In this document: positions 24,193-38,094 of the stretch, piece by piece
How the letters are laid out: every line of letters starts with the position of its first letter
Numbering within the stretch: position 1 is the stretch's first letter
NCBI GenBank assembly: GCA_965645245.1
Contig: OZ287087.1
Location: 620,001 to 684,000 of the forward strand
Direction: 5' to 3'
DNA length: 64,000 nt
Origin: Massalongia carnosa
Taxonomy: Eukaryota
Notes under the pieces: generated by a model
Seen by the model: the letters and a program-made list of their open reading frames with translations, nothing else
Databases searched by the model: none
What the model was told of the DNA's origin: nothing
Position numbers and translations under genes: made by a program

Positions 24193-26217
24193 CAGTGAAC
24201 CCTGGCTATAACGAATCGATGATTCCATGAAAAAAATTCGTTATAACCAGTTTTCGTTATAAGCTTAATTTCTACGAAAACATCTCATTTTCTACCTAAA
24301 ATAGCTGGTAATGGTCATCTGCTTTCTAGTATTGATTTCCCCATTTAGCAGAACCTGCTCCGAAGCATTCAAACGTTGAATCAGATCGATGTCGCCATCT
24401 TCCTATTGCTCATGAAATGTACGTAGTATTCTCAAAGCTTGAATAGCTTCAGAGTATTTCACTGTAGGTTTGACGATCTCATCTTCATCCGATTCTTCAA
24501 TTTGACCCTCGGCATATGCATCTACAATAGTATCAAGAATGCCATCATAATCATCCTCAATGATTTCTTCCGCGGGATTGAGACATCGTTCAATACTTAT
24601 TACGTCTTGAATGCGATCATTCTTCTTCAACTGCTGTAATGTAGTCTCATCTCTTTTACTAGTTGATTGTAGTATTCCGTCTCTTGATCAACTGCCTTCG
24701 ACAAACCCTTTTCTTTCGTCCAGCCCATTTTCTTCGCTTGCAATTGCGTAGTAGGTCCGTAATTTGCTGAGAATACCAAAGACTTAATCCAGCAGTTGAC
24801 GATAGTAGCGGGTTTGACGTCATACTCCCAAGCAGTCATTGACCAACGAATAGCTTGCAAAATATGCATGTTCTTAAAAGGATCTTTGTCCGCATCATAC
24901 TGATAACATAAAAATACGAGCCATTTTCGCTTGTAGTGAGCCTTAAACGTCTTGATGATGCCTTGATCCAATGGTTGACAGATGCTTGTAGCATTGGCAG
25001 GAAGAAATATCACTTTAACGTTTGATTCAGGATTTGATTCTGAATACTGACGATAGCCAGCAACATGAGCTGAAAATCCATCGACTAGCAAGACTACTTT
25101 GCGATTTGTTTGACGACTAAACCATTGCAAATGCTCTTGAAATAATACTCCCGTCATCTATGCCTTTCTATTGCTTCGCCATAGCAGATTCAGGTTGCTA
25201 ATGTTGATACCCTCACGCGTAAAACAGCGAGGTGTTTTTGCCGTACCATTGAACAAAAGTGGAAGTTTATGAGTGCCCGTTGCATTAACGCAAAACTTAA
25301 CGGTTATTCTAGCTTTCTCAAGCTTCAATCCAGCAGATGAAGCTGTAGCCAACGTTCCATTCGGATTCATCTTCCAATACAAGGCAGCCTCATCCATGTT
25401 GTATACATCGTCTTGATCGTACGGAGCCAACTTAATTCTCAAGTCCCTCAATTCTTCTTCCACTGCCTCCTTGTCAACTGATGCCGCTTCTCCATGTCGA
25501 ATACGAAAGGAGATGGAATGACGAGCTTTAAAAGCATCTAGCCAACCGTTAGAAAATTTGGGCATTTCTTCATGAGAGTATTGAGGAAGTCTTGTCCAGA
25601 ATTTCTTTGCCATCTCCTTCAATAACTCTCCCGTCATAGTCGCCTGCTTTGTCTCTATTCGTTGTTGCCATTCGAAAAGAGCCGCTTCAAGATCCGGCCA
25701 AAAAGAAGCTTTCAATCTTTTGATATCAGGTTGAAATGTCTCCTTCCCATTTAAACGATCGTATTTTCGAGAAAGAATATCCGATATTGTAGATTCCGAA
25801 GGTGTATGACCGAATTCAGCTTCAAACCAGACTTGAAGAGCTTGCCGAAAGGTCTTTTAACGAAATTATTCTGAACATACTGACGAAGCGCGTGTTTTTC
25901 TGCATCTGTGATAGGTCGCCGACGTTTTTTGGAGGAAGAATTCATGATGAGTTGTTGGTTATTAAAAGGATATGTTATCTATCGATAGGATGCACAGCAT
26001 GTAGTACTACGTATCAAGAATTTTTATCAGCTAATCCTAAAAGGGTCATTGCCGAGGTCTAGTTATAGCGAATCACTAAGAAACTTTCTAAAATTGCTTA
26101 CGAATTCGCAATAGGCCGACATTCGTTATTTTACATACAAGAATCGCTCATCCATGAAAAAAATTCGTTATAAGCCGAATTCGTTGGAAAAAGGTTCGTT
26201 TTAACCAGGGTTCACTG
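24193..26217 (-). mobile_element. Tc1/mariner pogo/Tigger (CENP-B-like) DNA transposon
   Basis: TIRs cagtgaaccctgg-ta-aacgaa, TA TSD on both sides. Confidence 0.92.
24292..25945 (-). pseudogene. CENP-B/Tigger-like transposase
   Basis: WPDLEAALFEW, FSNGWLDAFK, YNMDEAALYW, LLVDGFSAH, CQPLDQGII; stops (KA*MT at 25158, 24403) and frameshifts. Confidence 0.92.
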
Positions 26218-27165
26218 TAGTACTAATTTTGCTCAACAGAAGTCTTCTTCACTTCACTCCCGACTCGCAAAGAGCGATGATCAAGCATGTTGTCTAAAGA
26301 CCGCAAATGTCAAGTCAGCGCTATCAGTGCGAAAGAGGCGCATGGTTCGGGTTACTTGCTGGCTGAAGGTTTGCCGATACAGTCTGAAACGTGACCAGCA
26401 AGGAGGAAACCAGCGGGGACTGGGTGTGATATATCTGTACTGTGTACAAGTTTCTCGAGACTTCGTTAATCAGACTCGTTGCATCTGGGCCAAGGTTGAA
26501 ACTCGTTGTTTAGTTATGTTTCAGGGATTACTTACCTTCTCAACTGAAAAGTCCCCTCATCACAATTCTTCTTTCTCTCCGCTTGACCCATTTATCCTTT
26601 CTGTGCTGTTGTCGGTTTATTCTGCTTTGTATCGTTTGTGATCGGTTGCTGACTTGTTCTGCATTCGTCTTTTTCTCTGAAGCATTGCCTGAGATGCAAA
26701 TGTAACATCTCTCTCTCTTACTGAAGACAACATATTAATAATGGTGAAGTTTGCATTACTCTACGCTACATTATGATTCTGCCGATGCTTTTCTTCCGAA
26801 TATCTCCCGGTTAATTTTACTCTCAATGCTTTAGCTCCAAGATTGATTTTTCGAACTCGTGATCTCTGAACTACGTTAGACAAAACATTAAAAACAGCCC
26901 TTTTCTTTTACTTCAAGTCATGAAAATTTCAACGCGAAAAAGATAAAACAACCTTTAGGGAAAAATGGCTAGAAATTAAGCAGATCGAACGATAGGAAAG
27001 CAATGCTAATCTGCTACGCTAGGATTTCTCAATTACAATCTCCTGCATTCTTAAATTGTGTCTTGCATCCCGCATAATTATTACAAGAAGAAAACAGAAG
27101 ACTCTTTGAGAACAAATGTAAATGAAGCATCGCCGTTGTGTTGATAATTGATGAAGTACTTGATA

Positions 27166-30100
27166 TCAGCAAGGTTTCATGGCTGCCTCCAGCAACTGTA
27201 TAACCCTCTCGTGAGATTTCCTCAATGCCTGCAGCGAGCTGTCGTCAACTTCCTCGTTATCTACCAACCACTGCATCGTCTTCTCGTAACCTTCCCTTGA
27301 TGCTTGCAGCGAGCTGTCATTGACGTTCACCCCGTTATTCAACAAAAACTGCACTGCCTTCTCGTGATATCTCGATGATGTAACCAGTAATACGATATCG
27401 TTAATTTCCCATCTGTATTTCAATCTGCGCTGTATTATCCTTTTGTGATCTTCCGACAATGTCATTACCAGCAACTTGTCGTCAACTTGCGCTCCATTTT
27501 TCAACAACAACTGCATCATCCTCTCTTGACCATATATGCATGCCTTCTGCAGCGCGCTGTCATTTATTTCCGCTCCGTTATTCAACAGCAACAGCACGAT
27601 TTTCTCGTAACCTCCGGACGATGCCGCCTGCAGCGCGTTGCCATACTCTCCGCCTTGCGCGTTCACGTCCGCTTCGTTGTTCAACAGCAATTGCACGATT
27701 TTCTTGTAACCTCCGGACGATGCCGCTTGCAGCGCGTTGTCATACTTTCCGCCTTGCGCGTTCACGTCCGCTTCGTTGTTCAACAGCAACTGCACGATTT
27801 TCTCGTGACCTCTCGATGATGCCGCCTGCAGCGCGTTGCCATACTTTCCGCCTTGCGCGTTCACGTCCGCTCCGCTGTTCAACAACAACTGCACGATTTG
27901 CACGAGTTCCTCATGACTTTCAAACGATGCCGATGCCGCCTGCAGCGCGTTGCCATACCCTCCGCCTTGCGCGTTCACGTCTGCTCCGCTGTGCAACAGC
28001 AATTGCACGATTTTCTCGTAACCTCCGGACGATGCCGCCTGCAGCACGTTGCCATACTCTCCGCCTTGCGCGTTCACGTCCGCTTCGTTGTTCAACAGCA
28101 ATTGCACGATTTTCTCGTGACCTCTCGATGATGCCCCCTGTAGCGCGTTGTCATACTTTCCGCCTTCCGCGTTCACGTCCGCTCCGCTGTTCAACAGCAA
28201 TTGCACGGTTTTCTCGTGACCTCCGAACGATGCCTCCTACAGCGCGTTGCCATACTCGCCGCCTTGCGCGTCCACGTCCGCTCCGCTGTTCAACAACAAA
28301 TGCACGATTTTCTCGTGACCTCTCGATGATGCCCCCTGCAGCGCGTTGTCATACTTTCCGCCTTCTGCGTTCACGTCCGCTCCGCTGTTCAACAGCAATT
28401 GCACGATTTTCTCGTGACCTCCGAACGATGCCGCCTGCAGCGCGTTGCCATACTCTCCACCTTGCGCGTCCACGTCCGCTCCGCTGTTCAACAACAATTG
28501 CACGATTTTCTCGTGACCTCTCGATGATGCCGCCTGCAGCGCGTTGCCATGCTCTCCGCCTTGCGCGTTCACGTCCGCTCCGCTGTTCAACAGCAATTGC
28601 ACGATTTTCTCGTGACCTCCGGACGATGCCGCCTGTAGCGCGTTGCCATACTCTCCGCCTTCCGCGTCCACGTCCGCTCCGCTGTTCAACAGCAATTGCA
28701 CGATTTTCTCGTGACCTCCAAACGCTGCCGCCTGCAGCGCGTTGCCATACTCTCCGCCTTGCGCGTCCACGTCCGCTTTGTTGTTCAACAGCAATTGCAC
28801 GATTTTCTCGTGACCTCCGGACGATGCCCCCTGCAGCGCGTTGCCATACTTTCCGCTTTGCGCGTTCACGTCCGCTCCGCTGTTCAACAGCAACTGCACG
28901 ATTTTCTCGTGACCTCCGAACGATGCCCCCTGCAGCGCGTTGCCAAATACTCCGCCGTCCGCGTCCACGTCCGCTCCGCTGTTCAACAACAATTGCACGA
29001 TTTTCTCGTGACCTCCGGACGATGCCGCCTGCAGCGCGTTGTCATAGTGTCCGCCTTGCGCGTTCACGTCCGTTTTGTTGTTCAACAGCAATTGCACGAT
29101 TTTCTCGTGACCTCCGGACGATGCCGCCTGCAGCGCGTTGCCATACCCTCCGCCTTGCGTATTCACGTCCGCCCCTTTCTTCAATAAAATCATGATAATG
29201 GAAAAATGACCGTATCGAGTTGCAATATGCAGTAATGATTCATTATTGTTATTACGTGTCTCGACATTGAAGAGAGCCGTTCCCACCAATCGACTATGAT
29301 TTTATTGAATCCAAACGCTGATTTTGCCAGTAAAGTTAAAGAAGATGGACTAATACTATCAAAAACTTTATGTTGACTGGTATGAAACATCTGCATATAA
29401 TTAACATATCTGTTATTTTTATCTTTACCTATTATTTCATGCAAACTCTTGTACGCTGGGCCGCTTTCGTTGAAGGATCCAAGAAATTGCTTTAAAACTA
29501 TCGATAAACGAGAATCAATCCTTTCTTCACCGTAGTTTTGTACGTGATCTGCCCAACAGAATCTTGCGTAGCGAATAATGTCGTCGAGTTCTTTGTTTTC
29601 GTCTTGCAACTCGGTATCCCGTTTTTGTTGAACTGGATCATTCAAAAAAGACAAACATACTTTCGCTATTAGAGCATTCGCATCATAGCATCCCCAGTGT
29701 CGTTCCAGATATTCTTGAACTGATAAGTGGGAAAATCGGCAGATATGAAGCTGAGAATCAACGACGATTAAATTTTGACAAGCGTCGAGAAGCAAATCGA
29801 TATCGACATCTACAGGATCGACGACGTCCGTGTTGGGATCTTGACAAATCCCAGCGATTAATGCTTCTGGCGATAAGGGGACAACGGAATACATTATCCA
29901 TTGGAATGCACGGTCGGCAATTTCGGGCGCACTTCCATCTTGAGCCTTAATTCTGCGATATATTTCGTCATATGCCGCATCAAGGTCCTTAGGAAGTTTG
30001 CCTAGTCGCTCTTCAATATCGCGTCTACGGGGCGGGAGTTTATGTAGTTGAATAATCTGCAGAGACGCCCACTGAAACCTATTCTACTCTTAGAAAATCA

Positions 30101-32038
30101 ATGCTAGTGGCAGACAGTTATAGAAACTTACATTCCGTTACTTTTGCTCATCAAAGTCTCGAAGATGAGCTCTCTAAGTTCGGAACTTATCTTGCAATAC
30201 CATTCCTTTTTATCTTTGATCTTATCGTCAACAAACATTGCTATGTCCTTCTCATTATCCGTTGCCCTGATTTCCATGTTTGGTCCACCACTAAATCGGT
30301 GTTTGATATCTAGGTCTGGCCTGCTCGAGATGAAAATTTTTACCAAGTTAGAAGACTTGCCGCTGACCAAGATGTCTAACTTTTCCATGAAAGAGGCCCT
30401 CGTTTCCTTGTTGCACCCATCCAAAGCGTCCACAACTAGCGTGATTTGAGGATAAATTTCAATCAGCTGAAGTAGAAGATTAAAACTCTCCTTAATCTTA
30501 AGCCCTCCTGAGGCAAAGCCATTTTTTTGTTCTATTTCATACTTTTGAACGATCGGACGTTAAATCGTGTTGCTGCTTTCGACTCCCGATAATTGCCGCA
30601 CGAAGCTGCTCATGATCACTGCTGGATCTTGACGATTAGGCTGATTGCGATCGCAATAGAAGTAGGCTAGCGCCTCGTCATTCGATTGCTGAGCAAAACT
30701 TTTAGTCAGATCATCGACGACTGTTGACACAAGTTTAGTTTTGCCAGCGCCAGCTGATGGACATAGTCAGTAAGAAATGCTAGATATTGTATATACACTT
30801 ACGCATTCCGTGCAGCCATAATATTGTAGATGCGCTAGACGCACGCCATTTTACATATTGGTCATGCTCCAGCAGCCAATTTCCTGTCCCCTTCGTCCAT
30901 CCTTCGCGAGAAACATTGTGGATTTCCTTGTATGGAATGTCGGATATCCAAGAGAGTATTTTACATTGTTTATCCACTTCATATTTATCGCTCAAGGCAC
31001 CCACTCGAGCATCGATGCGCAGGATAGGATTTTTCAAATCTTTTAACAAGCTCTCAAGCTTCATATTTGCCCCTCGGCCTTGTATGCGGTCCAAATTTTT
31101 TGCCTCCGTATCTACTTGCGTTTCTAAAGCATTACAATTCTCAACAAATTCGAGAACTTTCGAACTCAAAACACTCCCCAGAGTTCGAGATACATATCCT
31201 TTATCATATTCTTTCTTTGCACGGGCAAGGAATCTTAACACAGCGAGATACAAGGCTGTCAAAGCCGTTGTCAAGTTCTCCATTGCAAGTGTGAACGGTC
31301 CGGATACATCAGAAGAAAGGTAAAGGAGTTCATATATTGTGCACCGATTAATAAGTTGCGTCACCTTCTCTCCGCCAATAAGTAAAGCTGCCATCAACTC
31401 GCTTTCTCCCACCGCCATCTTTTCCAGAGTTAGGTCTTTTCAAGATCATGTCAAAGGAAGATCCAATCTCACCTGAAGCAAAAACTTGACTCCCGCCCAT
31501 GGCAATGCAGCATGAACAGGATCAAAATTTACTGCGACGTCTCCAATTTCCTTGAATTTGTTGAGCCCAAAGATAATTTTCTCCGCTAAATCGCGAAGGA
31601 TGATCTCTCGACCTTGGAAACAGAATTTCCATTGTTTCTCGCGGCATTCATCTCGTTTCTGCTGAACAACACCGTGTAACTGTTCACGATCTCTAGTTTT
31701 GAATTCAAGGATGTCTGTTGAATAGCCGCTCTCTCCTCTAATGATAGTTTCTGTAGCGTAATGTCCCAGAGACTACTCTGAATATTCAGAGCTTGCGCAC
31801 CCGCTGAAGAAGATGTTTTGATCGATCTTGCCTCTTCAGTTGAATTCGGAACCGATCCGGAGCCCGTATTCACCTTGACAGCTGATGTCGGAATAGAGGC
31901 AGAATCAGGTTTCGTTGATTGTGATGTGGAAGATCCTTGCACTGAAATTCCACACGAGTCCTGTTTTGCCTTACTAGCCTTGTGACTAAACAAGGACCTC
32001 AATCGCTCCCGTTTCCTTTCACGCGAAGAGCTTTCCAT
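27166..32038 (-). pseudogene. NLR-like NACHT NTPase with ankyrin repeats and a helical N-terminal domain
   Basis: [14 protein letters not shown]-terminal motif; P-loop LWLHGM/PGAGKT across an intron; LVVDALDGC; KIFISSRP; GMFQWASLQI; HLSVQEYL; ankyrin array; frameshifts ~31690 and ~29280, stops ~30560 and 28237. Confidence 0.92.
27560..29175 (-). repeat. Array of 16 highly similar 99-bp ankyrin repeats
   Basis: ADVNAQGGxYGNALQAASxxGHEKIVQLLLNxG units; one carries small insertions (ASASFESHEELVQ). Confidence 0.95.
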
Positions 32039-33449
32039 CGAATCCTGCACCAAATAATGATGGCTGTAGACTAAGGTTTTGCGCTGGCAATAGTAAACTC
32101 ATCAAAACAATGCTGAGGTGTACTGGTGGTCAAGAGAAAGTAAAATTTCTCCAAGACAGGAAGTTTTGTAAGCATAGCCTGCTGCTTTCTCCGAATGCAT
32201 CAGGCGGCCACGGGCGTACATAGTTCAGACGACTAAGTGCTATCGCTCTGATGTTAGTCAGCAGCAACGCTAACCCGGAGGCGCTGAAATATACAGAGCC
32301 TGCAACAGTTCGAAGGGAATGACCGTATTGCACTGTACGCATACGCTGCTGCATGATATTTGCGACAATCAACATTTTCGGGATTTATCTCCATATGTTG
32401 TGCGTTGTCATTGTCTGCAGACAGGAGAGAGGATGGACCGGCGGGATTGCCGGCGGGATTGCCGTTGCGATAGTTCAACTTCGTCAATAGCCTTTCGGAA
32501 GCCCCGCGGTGCTCACTCGTTGCATCAATTTTATCAGCGGTTCCATTTCTCGGTCTTGCTCGAAGTCGACGGTTTGCAGCCTCGAATTGAAACATATCGT
32601 CTGTGACCACTCCGGCGGCAAGAATACACTTCTAATGCGAGGTGCATCACGATCTTGATCTTTTCTGCCTCTCCAATCCCTTGAGCTGCGTCGCTGGCTC
32701 GCGACAGTCTTGCATCCTCGAGAGCAGAAGCGATGATGCTTCGTTCAGATTTGCTAGATCCAGTGAGGTGTGCGATGTCGTCTTCATCTGGAGGTTCACG
32801 CCCACAGCAGTTGGATCGATGGCTCGTGCAAACATAACAACTTCGACGCGGAGAAAATCTAACAACGCCGTGGCGTCCTCAGCGAAAGCTGAATGGCCAA
32901 CGTTCTAGATGAAAGGTAGCCGCCCGATATGACGACCTTACCTGTTGAGGCAATAATGGCTAAATGTGGGCGCTTCTATAGTAGCTGAGAAACGTAACTT
33001 TGAGGGGAGCTAGAAAGGATGTTCGTAGGCGAAGTCCTCGGGTGCTGAAGGCAAGGCTTCATTCTGCAGCTGAGGGGCAATGCTATGCGAGCCAGACTGA
33101 CATCGACGAGTTCAACGGCCTTGATACCGCAGATTGTGTCGACCTCGGACTGCATGAGGCCCGCCAGCGAGATCAGGGTGGCTGGCTGAATTTTCAACCG
33201 TGAAGCCAACGTCGCATGCTCTTGTAGCGCGCTCTGCGTGTTTTGCTTTTGCTTTTGCGATACGGACCAGCTCCCATCTCAACCTCGATCGATGCGCCAT
33301 GGGACGTCCTCCCATGGCCGTGCTTTCGGACGAGAGGATATAAAGACGAACTTATCCTGCTGTAGTGCTTCATATCCAGCTCCACAGGTCCGGCTTGAAC
33401 ACCCTTACTTGACTCTTCACGCTAAGGTATCTAACGCGATCTGGACATC

Positions 33450-35239
33450 ATGTGTCGACTTAGTCTCCGTCTTGAGTGATTTCTTCCAGTCCTTCCCTTC
33501 ACCGTTGCCAGTACCGACCCTTTCGCCGATAAAAGGTGCACAGACGTCCGTGGTCCAGGCTGGGAAGCCCAGATCGACAATACCGGAAGGCGGTCCAATG
33601 CGTCAAGATCAGCTGGCAAGACGATTGTTTCCCAGATTGGTTGAATACGCATACCGGGAAATACGAATGTTGGTCAGTGATGAGGCAAGTATCAACATAC
33701 TGTCTGGCCGCTAAGAGACCAATGCAGCCCACCAAGGACCAGTCTTGCCTCGGATGTTCCTTCGGCCATCACCGCGTGCTGTAACAGTGGTCAAGCGTTG
33801 AGTGTCGATGCTAGCTCTCGGACGGGAGCCTGCTGTGACCTAGGCTTGCATTGGAGTTTTGATTCTGTGTCGCAGAAGGGAGGCTTGCCAAGTAACCAGG
33901 CCCCTCTTGGACCAAAAACCGACGGCAGCTGTCAAGCGCAAACATCTCAAACCAATTGGTTCAATGGCACGTGCCGGGGATTACAAGAGCGAACATGGAA
34001 CTGTCCTGAATGGGGCACAGGTGTTCCCGTCGTGGAAGTGGGCACGAAGGTAACGCTGCCCGTGATAGGGCAAGAGTTTCCGGGATATCGTCTTGCGGAT
34101 CTCACCGGTAAGTGAATCATCACGGAGCTCAACAACAAAATCATCTTACGCCTCATCAGTTTTCCGGTTTCCCGTGGATACGTGGATCACCATCACCAAC
34201 CACGTTCAGTCACTACAAGGACGAGCTAGAGTCTGGGCGGATAAACAAGTCATTGGCACTATGAGCAGTCTACCATCCGACACCTCGAATTACTACTTTT
34301 CTGGAAGATCATTCGACTCGTGTTTGATTGCAGAAAGCACCCACAGGTGAGACTTCCAGTTCCCCTCGTTATTTCAACGAAAGAGGCGACCCGAAAGGAA
34401 TCTGCTTCTCCCGCTCTTATTCTCTCCACTGTTTCCCACCAGAAACGTCAGCGATCGCATAGAGGCTGATACTGGTCCGAACAGTCGTGGCGTGTTCTTG
34501 ATTCCTGCAGGTCAATGCCCCCACACCCTGTGTAATACTCGTCTTACAGAACCACAGGTACCCACAATGACAGCCTCGAATGGATCGAAGGCCCCCGAAT
34601 GGTCTACTACGCCATTCGGTACGACGCAGTCTGCAGCACTCTCACACCCTGTCAAGGTCAAGAATTAGTCCCGTTCACAGACTTCACCACCACGCCCACA
34701 GATCCCGTATTCGCGGTGTCGACTTTGTATACCGTGCCAAACTTCGACTATACGGATGATGTATTGTTAACTCTCGTCGACAATGGATATGCAGCCAGCC
34801 AATGGACGCTGTACATCGATGGCGAGACGGCGGGATCATTGAATCGACCGGTCTATCTCACGCAGGATCATTTCATGAATGATGCGGTGCTATCGAACAT
34901 TGATCCAGGACATTGCTTTGCTTGGGGAGCGTATTGGTAAGCACATCAGACGAGTATCCTGATGTAAATTTGAGCTCACGCTACGGTTTAGGCGCGTTTA
35001 TCTCATCCCAAAGGTATGGACTGCTTTCAGTCACGATGGAGGTATGTTGCTAAAAATACAATAGGCAAGCACACCGTCTCCATGCGTGTCACGGGTGGTA
35101 TGCGTGCCACGAATGCTGGTATGTCTATCCTTCTGTCAATGAGTCAGAAAAGCGCTGACAGGTCTTCTCAGGGGTTCCGTGGGCCTTCTACGATGCTGCA
35201 TACAAGATCAACAAACCCTGCTGTGTCAATACGAGTTGA
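33450..35239 (+). pseudogene. Multi-exon Cys-rich, probably secreted protein (decayed)
   Basis: TATA-like ggatataaag ~33336; hydrophobic N-terminus broken by TGA; CC-rich repeats (TACCNSGQ...GACCDLG); GT-AG introns; C-terminal LTLVDNGY...WTLYIDG...HCFAWGAYW...IPKGKHTV segment; exon boundaries approximate. Confidence 0.55.
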
Positions 35240-35611
35240 AGGTTTATCAGTCGACAAGATATAAACACAACAGTTGATCCCGATTGAAAACTCGTTGAAG
35301 GGAAAATGAAAAGTTCAAATTAGCCTGGTTTTATTTTCATTTGTGGTTTTCTTTTGAAAAATAATATTTCTAAATTGAAATCTGTTGAATATTCAACTCC
35401 TGACCCAATATACTTTCATCAGTTCAATTAATTTTTATAAATTCAATAAAGATAATGTTGAAATATGTATATGACTATGGCTATATGGCTATGTAATAAT
35501 AAAGGTATGTATGACCGTGATGTTAAGGATGAAGAGTTGCTAGACAGCAATCTTTTCCTATTACTGGTCACCCCCTTCTAAGCGAGGTGATCTTATCTTA
35601 TCTTGGGACTA

Positions 35612-37432
35612 ACGTAATTTACACTCATTCGGGTCGGCCCCCCATTCGGGTCACCCTATTAAAATCTAGCGACCGAAAAAAATTCTATCCTGTTTATCCA
35701 CCACCACCATATATTTATCTATTAATTGTAGATAAAATGTCCATTAATATGCCTACAATTGACTCTGCTACTAGATTACAGTTGGCTATCGAAGAATTAG
35801 CCAAAAATCCGGGCATTTCGCAGCGGGAAATAGCGCGCCTTTACGGAGTTCCTCAGTCGACTTTACAGGCCCGGCTCAAAGGCAGGCGGGCCCCAAAACA
35901 CTATCATCAAGCCGCCCAAAGGCTATCCGTCCACGAAGAACAGGCTCTGATTGATTGGATAGAGCGGATGAGCTCATGGGGTTGGCCGCCTCGTATCCAA
36001 CATTTGGAAGGCATGGCCAGGAGTCTCCTGAACGCCAAAGGGGACAAAAATCCGTTGGGTCGTCATTGGTATCAAAAGTTCCTGAAAAGGCATCCCGATT
36101 TCAAAATCAAATACAATAGAAACCTCGATCAATCCAGAAAGGACGCTGGTAGTCCCGAAATTTTGCGTGATTGGTTCGAATTGTACACGACCACCTTAGT
36201 CAAATATAGGATTTCAGATGAAGATACTTACAACATGGATAAAAAAGGCTTTGCTATAGGCATCGCAGACAGTTCGAAGGTCATAATCAAAGGAACAACA
36301 ACACCATTCAATGTGCATCCGGGAAATAGGGACTGGGTTTCTCTTATTGAGTGCATATCATCCCGCGGAACAGTTTCCGGCTTATATCATTTTCCAAGGT
36401 GCACAAGTTCAACCTGCATTGTATGATGCCATGGAGACGAAAGCAGATACCGTTCGGGTCAGTCCCAATGGTTGGACGGATGCGGAGATAGGCCTTCATT
36501 GGTTGCAAACGGTGTTCAATAAGCATACAAAACCTGAACGAGGCATATATAGGATGCTTATTGTAGATGGCCATGAGAGTCACGTCTCCATTCCTTTTAT
36601 GCAGTTTTGTGCCCAAGAGAAAATCATACCCCTTTGTTTGCCACCACAATCAACTCATTTACTGCAGCCCCTGGATGTCGGTGTTTTTGGCCCTTTATCT
36701 AAGGCCTATAAACAACTCGTTTCCAGCCAATCACGTTACGGGGCTGTGACTATTTCTAAGCTAGATTTTTTGCGCCTTATTCAGGTGGCTAGGAAACAGG
36801 CCATTACTACTACTAACATCATGAGTGCATGGCGGGGGGCAGGCCTCATCCCATTTAATCCAGGGCATGTTCTAGACAAGTTGCCTAGGCCTATCACACC
36901 TCCTACCTATCCAAACACCGTCACCGATGCCCCCCAAACGGAGCAGCGAATCCAGGAAGTCAGCGATGCCCTTATATCCTGTATAACTCCATCTCTTCGC
37001 GCGCATGTTGAGTTGCTTAAAACAACTGCTTTGAATGCCGTCGCTGATAGGGTTATTCTAAGACACAGCAATCAAGAACTGATTGATAAAAAGGCTCAGG
37101 GACGTCAAAAAGCATCCCTAAAGGGGGGTGTTAAAGCGAGGGTGCTGACTGTGGGTGAAGGGCAGGCGATTGCGGAGGAAAAACAGAGGTAGGAAGAAGC
37201 ATTGGCCAAACAAAAGGAACGGTACCATGCTTTAAAGGGTAAAGTAAAGTTCGAAAAGGCCGTATGGAAGGAAATGCAGATGGATAGTGATGTTTTTAGT
37301 TAGTTTTGAGGATGGTGGAAGCAATGTAATATTTTTCTTTGGTGTAGGGCGAAGGTTTTTTTTTTTGGTGGGGTGACCCGATTGGGTAGCTGACCCGAAT
37401 GGGGGGCTGACCCGAATGAGGGTAAATTACGT
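35612..37432 (+). mobile_element. Fot1/pogo-type Tc1/mariner DNA transposon
   Basis: TIRs acgtaatttac-ctcattcgggtc-gcccccc with subterminal repeats; TA TSD both sides. Confidence 0.93.
35737..37303 (+). pseudogene. Fot1-like transposase
   Basis: HTH GVPQSTLQARL, YNMDKKGF, VDGHESH, LQPLDVGVF; frameshift ~36375, TAG at 37190. Confidence 0.92.
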
Positions 37433-38094
37433 TAAGCCTAATGCGGCATCTACGGTTTCCGTAGATGATCTGTCCATCTAGGGCAGCCGTAGGTGCTATG
37501 TTTATCGTACTGATAGGTGTTCATTGTACTGGTAGGAATTGGATATTCAACAGATAATATAACGTTTAAGTTGAAATATATAAATGATTATGATTATATA
37601 ATTATGTAATAAAAGGATAATAAATATGATCCTGATGTGTAAAATGAAGAGTTTTTATGGAGCAATCTTCTTTAATTAATTTTTTTTTATCAAGCAAAGT
37701 GAGAATAATTTATTCGAGTATAAATTGCTTAAGATATCGTTAAAGATTTTAAGTAATCATTGCGATTAAATTCAATCTGGTTTAATTTAATCTATTGTGT
37801 TGATAAATGTTGAGCATTCAACATTTTTTTTTCAAATTTTATCACTACTTGATCGTCAGATACGATTTGTAAATGATTGAATCTATTATTAGGGGGTTTC
37901 ACGTTTGATTTTCAAAGTTCAGGTTTTCAGGGTTTTATTTTTCAGGTTATCAGGGTTTGGCGTTTAGGCATGAGTGCCCCGAAATTATTAGAAAATTTTA
38001 ATTCTAATGCTTAGTCATTTAATCAGATATTACCAACCTATTTTCTAACTTCTCATCTTCGATCAAGGGGACATTCTTGTCATTTTAAATAGTT

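Noticed and set aside
27459..29195. 578-aa plus-strand ORF and similar short ORFs
   Set aside because: Antisense shadow of the 99-bp ankyrin repeats
32130..33385. Cluster of overlapping short ORFs between the NLR and the secreted gene
   Set aside because: No frame gave a recognisable domain; cannot be supported without a search
35587..35736. N-terminal extension of the Fot1 ORF
   Set aside because: Begins outside the TIR at a GTG; ATG 35737 fits the HTH start
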